Assembly: GCA_013239625.1 (NCBI GenBank)
Contig: MU054323.1
Span: 8,793,220 to 8,857,219 of the forward strand
Reading direction: 5' to 3'
Length of the DNA: 64,000 bases
Source: Lama guanicoe
Lineage: Eukaryota
A model generated the notes under the pieces. The model saw only the letters and a list, made by a program, of their open reading frames with translations. It had not been told where the DNA came from and did not search any database. Shown piece after piece: positions 29,201 to 41,200 of the stretch. Both the position numbers and the translations under genes were made by a program. How positions within the stretch are numbered: position 1 is the first letter of the stretch; each line of letters opens with the position of its first letter.

Positions 29201-32200
29201 CCTTGGCTGTGGGGCCATTTTCCTCTGAAGAAGTTTCCCTAGATGGGTCCTCAGGTCCTGCCTCTCCGTTGAGACCCTGAGAACCTGGTTCCTCGCCTGT
29301 CCCAGCTCCAGATTTGCTGTGGGGAGCACCCTTATGACAGTTCTGCCCGTAGCGTGTCAACAGCTCTTCAATAGTCATGGTAGCCTCTTCATGCAGCAGT
29401 GCAGCCTCCTCATTGTCCACTGCAGGGAAGAGGCTAAATCAGCGCCCCCATGCCAGACTCCTCATGGAATCAGTCCCTCACTACCTCCACAGCCCTTGAG
29501 ACCTGAGTTCCAACTTCCCACCACCTCCCATTCCTAAGCCTCCTCTCATTTATCAAATCTCAGAAGAATACCCTTTTGCTTCCTTCTCAAGTCATATCAG
29601 CCTCCAGAGACTTCCTTGGGTCTTTGTCTTTCACCCCCTTCTTAGTCAAAGGAACACTAGTTACTACATGTTCCCTATCACTTCTCATTTTTTTAATTGG
29701 TAAGGTGGAAATCCTACTCTGGCTGAGGACCCAGGAAGTCCACAGTACTAGTCCAGGCCTATGGCCCAGGCTTAACGACTGACTGCTATGGCTATTGGCA
29801 CATCCAGTCTTGAAAAAAGATCACGTAAACATTAACAGGAACCAGAAAGATCAATCACAAAGACAAAAGATAATGTATACAGAAATGTTCACAACTACAC
29901 TATGCACTCAACAAAGGTTAATTCTCTCTCTCTCCTTTTCATAACCACGTGTAGTACATGAGGACTTCCCAGGTCCCTAGGAAACCATCTTCTCTCAGTA
30001 TTGGCACATAAACAATATATATTAAAGAATAGTTCTTTAACATTTGAAACGTGTAGTTTACTGTACAGAAACCATACCACAATAAAAGCTTAACTAAAAA
30101 AAAAAAAAAAGAATAGTTCTTTAGTATGCTGATTTCCTCTCAAACAAGGGACACCACACTCACCATCATCCTCATCAGCTACTTTTTCTTTTTCATCCTC
30201 ATCCTCAGTAGGTCGTCCTGCAATCTGTGCCAGCTCCTTAATGACTTCCTCAGTCGTTAGTTTGGCATCGATAGCCAAGAAGGCATCTTCCAAAGCCTGA
30301 ATATATGCAAAATAATATGAGGCAAGTGTAGGAAAAATTACATAGGAGTACAAAATCAATTGCTTAAATACAATCCTGAGCACAAGGATGGGATGCAAAT
30401 TAGAGAATGATCTGCCACACTATGAAACACTCATAAAAAACAGCTCAGAGACTTGGGAATCAATAAGGCAGTTCTAAAAAGGCCCAGGTGGGAGTAACTC
30501 ATTTTAGGCACAGAATTCTTTAAGAGGAAGTACAGTAAGGAGAAGCTAGGTGGCAATGAAAAAGGAAAAGCCAAGGACTGGAAAACAAGGGAAAGTCTAG
30601 AGAAGTGGAGAATGAACAGTGTGGGAAGACAGACCTTCTGTAGCTTGCCTTCTTTGTAGGCCTTCTGATCTTTGATGATATCAGGAAGATATTTGGCACA
30701 GTACAAGGCAACTTCCTCCCCTAGAAGAAAGGTAAGGTCACCCAGAGAGCACTGTTTCTCACACACAGAAAGTGATATAATATCAATATACCATATTAGT
30801 GTGAATTCCAAGGGTTGAGGAGATAAGTATCTTAGCACAACTGAAACCTATTTGAAAGACAATGTTTTGGGAAGTTCTGACTCAGAAAATGGATTTCACC
30901 ATCACATCTCTCAGGGCCATGTTAATACATCCCTTGGCTCTTCTCACCTGTATACTTAGTTTTCAGCGAAAAAAAGTTAAATGCTAATGTAGGAAGAAGC
31001 TTCTTAGACTAAACCAAGGCCTACTAATACAATACCCTACTGGGAAGAAAGAATGGCAGAACAGAGAAAAACAGCACCAGGCAGGAAATGATATCTGAGG
31101 ACCAGAACCCTAGAAAATAAAAGAACAAAGGACCTGGAATTTGGGGGGAGGGGGGTTCCTAAAATATTACCAATATGATCTGCTAAAATTACCTCCATGT
31201 CCATCATAGACAGAAAACATGGCTGTCTCACTGTCCAGCTCAGGAATACAGTTGTGAGCATCCTAGGAAAAAGAAGAGCATGATCAGCATTTCTGAGAGT
31301 CAAAGGATATTCTTCCTTGTGCATTCAGGTCATAAGGATCACCTTCATACCTTAATCTCACTAACCCTTCCCTGGCTGCCCCACATGGCCTAGAAATAAG
31401 AAAGGAAGATGGGATGATAAAATGAGAACAGTACATGGGAACAAGAAAGGAAGGGGGGCAAGGGAGGGAAGGGAGGGGAAAAAAGGAAAAGGAGGAAGGG
31501 AAGAAGGGAGAGAGAGAGAGATGAATCAGGTCACTACCTCTGCAGTCTAGCAGCCTCAGCCTAGGAGATCTCAGTCCAGATGGCAGAATGTTTGGATGTT
31601 GGAACTCTAGACCTGACCCTTTTGGATTTGTGGCAACTATGGGAAGAACCAGAATAAAGGATCTTTAAAGTCACTTCCAGACCCATTCTATGAATCAGTG
31701 AACTTCAAGGAAGAAAATGTTAGGGAAGATAGCAAAAAGTGACAGACGGCATCACCAACCTGAAAAGTTTCTAGAGTCCTAAGACAGCCTGAGTGAAAGC
31801 ACTAGAAATTTGAAAAGATATACACTAATTACACCCCCTCTCCCCAACAAAAAGCACCATCTAAATAATTAATTCCCATTTTCTCTTAAAGTTTAACTCA
31901 CTTAAGAAGTTACCCCTAGGCTAAGTGGAGAATACATTTACAGGAGAACAAGTATCCTTCCAACAAATAGTTATTAAACTACACTGTTTAGTACTTGTTA
32001 ACTGGAATTTACAGTGCCCCATGTAATCAGCCTTCCCACCTTCTACCCCCACCTAGAACTGAGACTTCATTCAACTCTGAAGGCACAGCCCACCTGAGGA
32101 GAAATATGCAATGGTCCTGCCACATCAACATTTTGTTTGGAAGGCTGTGTTTGATCAAACTCTTCTAATAATAAAACTCTGCCACCCTAAACTAATGTTC

Positions 32201-35200
32201 CAGGCTAAACCAAAGTTCAGCCAAGACCATCAGACCTAGTTAAAAGGGTACCGCAGCTTACTCTGCCTCATCTTGGAAAACTACCCCACCTGCAAGTACT
32301 CTCTACAGACAAAAAAGATATAATTAGCTATTTACTTTGATTAAGTATCCTTATGTAAAGTTAATAGTTCTTCTTTGTCTTTCAGGTATTAGCATTTAAA
32401 ATTTTCTAATTATATTGATAAGAGATTTGAGTGCAATAGTTCTGTTGTCCCTAAATAAGACTCTGCCATCATTATACAAGTCTAGAAAAGAACTTAGTTA
32501 TTTTAAGGTATGGAAGGAGAGCATTTAAAAGAAGCTACCTTTGAGGGGTGGGAAGGGATAAGTTGGGAGTTGAAATCTGCAGATACTACTATATACAAAA
32601 TAGATAAACAACAAGTTTCTACTATATAGCACAAGGAACAATAGTCAATATCTTGTAGCAACCTATAATAAAAATATGAAAACAAATATCTGTATATGTA
32701 TGACTAAAACATTATGCTGTATACCAGAAATTGACACATTACTTCCTTGACTATACTTCAATAAAAGAATGCAAATAAATAGGCAAGCTCTAGCGCATGC
32801 GGAAAAAAAAAGTCCTAACCTCTAGTTTAAAAAAAAAAAGGTGGCTCCATAGCACAATGGATAGCACATTGGAATTCTTAAAAAAAAAAAAAAAAAAGCT
32901 ATCTTTGTATCTCCCTCTGTCTCAAGGAGAAAGTGCCCCCAAAAGCTAATAAGCTTCCACAGAAGGCCCTTGATGGCCTAAGACCGTCATCACCAACTAC
33001 CTCTTAGCCTCATCCTCAGGATCTAGAGAGCACCACATACCAAAGGTCATCTCCCTTTCTCCTTTTTCCAACCACTCCACAACCAGCCATGCTGACATCC
33101 CTTCCCTCTTACTGTGCCTTCCTTTCCTCTCACCAACATCTTAGCACCTTCTTTTCTTTTATGATCATCCTTTGCCCCAGCATCCTCTACCAGTGGGTCT
33201 CAGACTTGAATGTGTCTAAGAATTCATCTGTTCATTTACTCATTCATCAAATATTTGAGAGTCCATTATATGCTGGTATTTGTTCTGGGTGCTCAGGATA
33301 TATCAGTGAACAAAATAGAGACATGTGCTTCATAAAAAACATTCTAGTGAGGGATGTAGACAATAAACACAATAAATAGGTAAATCATACAGAATGATGG
33401 TATAATTCACATAGAAAAATGGTAGTGCTGTGGAATAAAGAAAAAGTAGAACGAAGTGAGGAGGACTGAGCTGGATGACAGAAAAGCAGTTGGGGAATCG
33501 GCATAGGACACAGCTCAGTACAGGCATGCCAAACCCGTAAGAAACTGTCTTAGCAGTCACTACCTAGGTCATGCTGTGAGTACCTAATTAGTTTCAGCAA
33601 AACAGTCGTGTCACATTAATGTTGATTTTAATTCTGTTGATTTTGCAGTTTGATTTGTTGGCATGGAATTTATGTTCAGTCCTATGTTTGCCTTCATTTA
33701 AGTAACATTAAATTAAAATCATTTTAGTGAATATTGGAGTTCCACAAATACTGCCTTCCTTAAAAAAAAAAAAAGGAAGATTTCCAAGATATTTTGTTAA
33801 ATAAAGCAAGCAAAGTACCCAATAATATATTTAGTAAGCTGCTTTTCGTGTAAGAGAGAGCACTGGAATAGATACAAGGATACACAGAAAAGTAATAAAA
33901 GCAGTAAACTGTGGGAGGGCATGAGGATACAGACAGACGGATCGGAGCTGGACACCCATGGGAATGCTTAGCTTTTTCAAATGTAACTTAAATATTTTTT
34001 AAAAGACTCAATATACACCAAAATTTGAGATGCTGGTCCAACTAATTCTACCTTTTTGGTAAAGGAGAGAGGAGGAGCCTTCCTGTTGACTACTTCCCAG
34101 TGGAACAAGAGAATCAACTGGTCTTTCTTTGCCCTGCAATGCCATTCTAAACCACAGCTGTACCATTTCTTTTGAACCTACACCTCTATTCAAAAAACTT
34201 TTTGACTTTCTCATCTATTCCTCACAAGACCATGTGATTTTGAAACAGAAGATCTAGCCTTAGTGAATATATGAAAAAATATTTAACCTCAATAGTAATC
34301 AAAGAAATGAACATAAAAAAACAAGGAATTATCCTTTTGTGTAAATTAGAATGATGAAAAAGATTAACAATACCCAGTAGTAATAAGAGTGAAAATAAAA
34401 ACATTCTCACATTTTGATGAACAGGAATATAAATTAGTAGTTTCCCAGAGGACAACTTGGTAGTATGTATCAAAATTTCAAATGTGTATATCTTTTAATC
34501 TAGTAATTTGACTTCTAAAAAGTTTATTTAATGAGAGTAATAGCACAAGGATACAAAGATATGAAAGACTGTTCATTACAAAAAAAAAGAAAAAAGAATG
34601 TCCATTACAGCCTTATTTATAATAAAAAACAATTATAACCATCTAAATTTCCATGGATAGATTGGATTACAGACAGTACATCTCTCCAATGGAATACACA
34701 GCTGTTAGAAATGATGAATATGGGTTCATTTGGAAATGAATTCACATTAAGTGATAAAAAGCAAAAAATAAAAAAATCTGTATGTATATGTTAGAAGTCT
34801 AGAAAATCACATATCAAATTTAGTGGAGGGTGAGATTTGGGTAATAATTATTTCCTACTTTTCAAGATTTTTATGTTTGTACAGTTAGCTGTATTGTTCC
34901 ATTTTGAATAATGACCACAACACAACAAACCTATGAATTATCCTTACATTGCCAAACTACCATACACTGTGTGATCTCTGGTCAGCTATCTCTTGGTTTG
35001 CCTCTGTTTTACCCTCTAATATACAGAATAAGAGTAGCTACATTACTAACATCATCACAGGACTGTTGAAAGGATGATGTAAAATGTAAAACTTCTTTGT
35101 AAACTGGAATGTTATATAAGTATATATATTCTGCTCTGAAATTAAGCACTGGTTCACATTTTCCTTCTCTCTCCTTTTTCTCAAAGAGGAATGCCCAGAA

Positions 35201-38200
35201 TAAAGATTCACCTTATGCCTTGAAGTCTCAGTTCCCAGAACTACTCCACATTACATTTTTCCTCCACCTCTTGGTGAGGCTTTGGATCTGTATCACTGGA
35301 ACTGCTCTACCTTTTCAAGTACTTCAATTTCCCTCTTATATCTTCGATCATAGCCTCCCTACCTTTACCCTTGTCTATCTTTCTGTCCCTTTCTGAGCCA
35401 GAGCTAAGTATTTTAACACTGTCTCTCAGCAATCTAGAAAAACTCATCCAACCTTGTATAACCTGACCAATTGCTTTCTTTACCCTTGAATCAGAGCTAC
35501 TAAGTATTACTAGACATAAAATGTCATGAAATCATGTTGACTGTAGTCACTACTTCCATTTAGCATTTTTTTCTCTATTCTGCATTGACTCTTAAATATA
35601 TTAGCCACAACCAGTCACAACTTTTCCCACACTATTCAAGTTCTCAAAGCTATTATTCTTTCACTCAGGTGAGCTAATCTAACCTCCTACTTTACTTAGA
35701 TCAAGGTCATATTTTAAGATCTACCTCATCTTCCCTATTCTAACTCAAAATTTCTCCATAGCTTTATCTAACCTCTCCTTCACTTCTGCCTCAAAAGTAG
35801 TATTTCTCCTCTCTTCCCAGATTAACATTTCCTCTAAACTCCTAATCTCAAACACTTTTCCTCCAAGATCACACTTCACAGAGCAGGCAATAATCATAAC
35901 AACAATCCAAACAGCCATTTTGCAGGCTTCACTCTCCCCAACCGTTGTATAAATTGGTACTAAACAGCACCAATCATGTCAGCTTTCTTGAAAGTTCTCT
36001 TGGGTTCTGTGAAGAACTGCAGTTTTATACCTCCAAATGCCTATTTCTACAGGATGTCCCTTCTCCACCTCAAACTTAACATATATAAACAGGAACTCAG
36101 CTGTCTCCAAAAAAATCAGAGCTTCCCCTACAGGTTTTATTTCTGTCGATGGAATCTTAACTCTCCCAGGCAACACCTAATACCAGTCCTCCTTGTTTCT
36201 GGGCTGTCTTCCATCACCCATCACTGAGTCCTGCTGAGTTTTCCCTCATAACTATGATCCTGGACTACTTTACTCTAAATAAGATTTTAACTCCTCTCCT
36301 GTCTCTACTCTTTGCCCTCTATAATCTAACCAACATACATCTACCTGTCAGATTAATCTCCCTAACATAGTATCTTATTGCTAGGCCCTTCAATGGATTC
36401 TACTGCTACTGTTAGATTAATTCCATACAACTTATTGGCAATTTAAGGCACTCAATCAACATTCCTACCCATCTCTATAACCTGATCTCTTTACCTGATA
36501 CCACTCCCTGAAAGACACTACTCCACTGACACTGACCACCCTACCCCAGCAAAGTTGTAAGTGTGCCTGCCTCAATCTTACCCGCTTTTCTTCTAATATT
36601 TTTTTCTTCTCCCACTCTCCTCCTCCCCATTTATTTATATTATTTCCTTAAGGTTTCACCACCTCCAAGAGATCTTTCTTAATCATACTAATACTGTGAT
36701 CATTCCCCACTCTAAACTCTTTTAATATTTATTGCCTCTACCAATAACTTGGCCCTCAGCATATGCTATCTTGTATTGTAATCCAACATCCCATAGGGGA
36801 AAGGGGAGTCCCAAGTCTAAAACAGTATGAAGACAGACTGTCTCAAATTTCTTTACAGCTCTGGGGCCTAACACTATGTTCTGTAACATAGCAGGGCTTC
36901 CACATTTGCTTATGGTGGTGAGTTCCCAGCTGCCTCAGAACAAGTATCTTAGGGATAACTCCTCCTTCATTTACTATCCTAAACCTAGACATGTACCATA
37001 ATACAACTATTGAGATGGTCTGGAAGAGATGATGCAGAGTACATAGGTCACCTGAATCAGGGTTCCTAGGTCTTGCCTTACTAAATTGTATATCACACAG
37101 TTTCTTCTGATCTTCTAGACAACCAATGGGTCCATATTAATAAAGGCTTGGTTATCCTTTCTGATGTCAGTCTCCTAAGGTTATAAATACATCCACAAAG
37201 GCTCCTATGTCACTGGTCAACCATTTAGACTTATGATACATAAATTTATCTAAGTCTTTACAATTCAAGACCAAAAACTTTGAAGGTGGTTGGCAAAGGA
37301 GCTACATTTTTAGTTTTAAAAAGTCAAGTAATACTAGCTGACTTTAAATTTATATGCATGTATTACCACTCTACTACAGACTGAATTATTTTGTGTCCAC
37401 CTAAAACTCATGTTGAAACTTAATCCCCTATGTGAAGGTATTTGGAGGTGGGGCCTTTGGGAGGTAATTAGGTCATGAGGGAGGAGCCTTCATGAATGAG
37501 ATTAGTGCCACTGTAAGAGACCCCAGATTACTCCTTTGCCTTGTGAGGACACAGCTAGATCAACACAGCCATCTATGCACCAGGAAGTGGGCCCCCTCCA
37601 GACTCCCTGATCTTCAACCTCCCAGCAGGGTTTCAAAGAGATATTTATACATCCACATTCATAACAGCTCTATTCACAATAGCCAAAAAGTAGAAACAAC
37701 CCAAGTGTTCATCAACAGATGAATGGGTAAACAGGGTGGGAAGGGACAGATGGGATCTCAAAATTGTAGAATAGATAAACAAGATTATACTGTATAGCAC
37801 AGGGAAATATACACAAGATCTCATGGTAGCTCACAGAGAAAAACATGTGACAATGAATATATATATATTCATGTATAACTGAAAAATTGTGCTATACACT
37901 GGAATTTGACACAACATTGTAAAATGATTATAAATCAATAAAAAAATGTTAAAAAAAAGATGAATGGGTAAACAAAATGTGGTATATACATACAATGAAA
38001 TATTATTCAGCCTTAAAAAGAAAGGAAATTCTGACACACGCTACAACATGGATGAACCTTAAGGACGTTATGCTAAGTGAAAAAAGCCAATCACAAAGAC
38101 AAATCTATCTTTATATGAGGTACCCACCGTAGTCAAATTCATAGAGACAGAAAGTAGAATGGTGGTTGCCAGGGGCTGGGGTGGGGAGGGGTGGAGGAGT

Positions 38201-41200
38201 TGTTTAATGGGTACAGAGTTTCAATTTTGCAAGATGAAAATAGTTCTGAAGACTGGTTGCACAACAATGTGAATGTACCTAACACTACTGAACTGTATGT
38301 TTTAAATGGTTAAGATGATAAATTTTGTTATCTGTATTTTACCACAAATAAACAAACTTCCTACAAAGAAAAGCCCAGTCTCAGATGGCATCACTGGTAA
38401 GTTCTACCAAATATTTAAAGAATTAGTATCAATTCTTCACAAACTCTTTCAAAATATAGATGAGGAGGCAACACTTCCCAGCTCATTCTATGAGGCCAGT
38501 ATTACCATGATACCAGACATCACAAGAAAACTATAGACTTTGTAATACTCATCAATTCATCTACAAATTCAGTGCGATCCTTATCAAAATCCCAGGTGCC
38601 TTCTGTATGGAATTTGACAAGCTGATCCTAAAGTTCATATGGAAATACAAGGCACCCAAAAAAGGAGGAACAAGAAAAAGAACAAAGCTGAACAACTCAT
38701 ACTTCCCAACTTCAAGACTAACCACAAAGCTATAGTAACCAAGACAGTGTGGTACATAGATAAGTGGAAGAGAATTTAAGAGTCTAGAAATAAACTCTCA
38801 TATTTATGGTCAATTGATCTTCAACGATGCCAAGATAATTCAGTGAGGGAAAGTAATAGGCTTTTTAACAAATGATGCTGGGACAACCAGATATCCAGAT
38901 GCAAAAGAATGAAGTTGGATCCTTTCTTTATACCATACACAAAAATTAACTCAAAATGGACCACAGACCTAAATGTAAAAGCCAAAACTATAAAACTCTA
39001 AATAGATAAACTAGACTTCATCAAAATAAAAAATTTTGTGCTTCAAAGGACACCAACAAGAAAGCAAAAAGGCAGCCCCCAGAATGGGAGAAAATATTTG
39101 CAAAATCACATCTGATAAGGGACTTATGTCCAGAATATACTAAACAAACAAACAACAACACTTAGCACTTTGCAACCACTATGGAAAATAGGCAGTTCCT
39201 CAAAATGTTAAACATGGAGTCACTAAATGACCCAGCAATTCTACTCTCAGGTATATACTCAAGAGAAATAAAAACTTTCCACACAAAGACTTGAACATGA
39301 ATATTCATAATATCATTATTCATAATAGCTAAAATATGGAAATCCAAACATCATCAGATGATGAATGAATAAACAAAATGTGCATACAATGGAATATGAT
39401 TCAGCCATAAAAGGGTATGAAGTACTGGTTGATAATGAAATATTATTTAGCCATAAAAAGGAATGAGGTACTGATTGACTCAAGATACAACATGGATGAC
39501 CCTTAAAAATATTATGCTTAGTAAAAGCAGTCAGATATAAAAGGTGACATATTTTAACGAAATGTTCAGAATAGACAAATCCATAGAGATATAACGTAAA
39601 TGAGTGGTAGCCAGGGGTTAGAGGAGCGGGTATAGGGAATGACTGGTAATAGTTACAAGGTTTCTTTTGAGGGTGATGAAAATATTCTAAAATTGATAGT
39701 GGTGATGGCTGCACAACTCTGAATATGTTAAAGACTACAATGTACACTTTAAATGGATATGGTATGTGAATTATATCTCAATAAAGTTGTTTTCAAAGGG
39801 ATATGTATATACATTTTTAATTACTATATACGATTAAAAGTTGGTAATAACTCATCTTGCAACTAGATCTAGAGGTAAACAGAAAACATCTCCACTGGAA
39901 TTGGTATTCAGTTTATAGTGTGTCATTAAACATCAGTGATTCTCTAAGATCAGTTCTAAAGATTTGTGCCTCCAGACAGCACAATTTTGATGGCAGCTAA
40001 CAATGGCAAGAACTACTGATAAATTAAAGTTAAACTTCTACACTCAGATTCAAGCCCTTACTTCCCAAAGTACAATTCCAAGATGATAACCCAACAGAGG
40101 GTCAGAGGTTGAGAAGTAGCATTAACAACTGCTAGGGGATTGAGCAATGGAAATAATTTAAGTAAAATATTCTTGAAATCTTGAGAAATAAGTTCTGATT
40201 GTAACTCCTTGAAAACTTATAAAGGAGTAGTACAGTAGAAAACAATTTCTCCATACTCATGGACATACATTTGATATCATTTCATACTACCTTTGAACTG
40301 TGAAAAATAGATACTGCATGCTAATCAAATGATATCCTTTTATGAAAGTTGCTTAACTACATCCTAGACAAAGGATTTCTGATCTGGTTCAGCAAGTAAA
40401 AAGTTCTTTAAGCTACAGAGATAAGACACTAACCTGAGGATCAGACAATACATGCTCTTCAGCCTCGGATGCCCTGTCTCAAGTGGAACCCCACAGCACG
40501 TTTGTGATACCTCATTTTCTATTTCCCCTATTAATATAATGATTGAAACTGTCATGCATATATCTTAAGAACTTTCTGCTCAGCATTATCCATACTTAAT
40601 TCTAGATGACCCTCTGACCATTCATAAGCAAGCTTCTATATGGCAATAAACAGCTAGCCTACTCAAAATTACTCTAGGTATTGATGCTGCCTTTAAAAAG
40701 GGACAAATATACAAAAAAAAGAAACCTTTATAGAAAAAAATCCTAACTCCTCATAGGAAGCACTTCCATAGAACCTCATAATCAAAAACTAAAAGTACCC
40801 TAGTCCCTTTACTACATCAACTAAAACTGTTTTCAAATTGGACTTCTCATTAGCCACCAAAATCTTAGAGCCTTTCCATATGTATTTCTCAGGCACCCTC
40901 CCACAACCTACCTGTTAACCCCCAAAATATATACCTCAACCAGCTTGAGGGTCCCTCCAAATTATGGAGAAGGAAGAGAAGGGAACATCAACTGTGGAAT
41001 TTTGATTACCCCTCCTCAAAACACCCTGAGGTTCCACAGCAAGAGGGGCTGGAGAGGCATAAAGTATAAAATGCCAGCTATTGATAGTTGTCACCCTTGC
41101 CTCAAGAGAAGGGATAAAACAGTGCTCTCTAAGGCTGAATATATGCATCAGTCAGGATTTTAGCAGCCTTTATAATGTGTACCAGCATGATAAACTTACC

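Noticed and set aside
38306..38536. L1 ORF2-like peptide ([19 protein letters not shown]...[11 protein letters not shown]) as an active RT gene
   Set aside because: Short fragment of a decayed L1 with deletions and stops.
39385..39480. ~45-nt tandem duplication in L1 (and the similar one in the MIR at 10844-10922)
   Set aside because: Diverged local duplications inside dead repeats with no sign of function.
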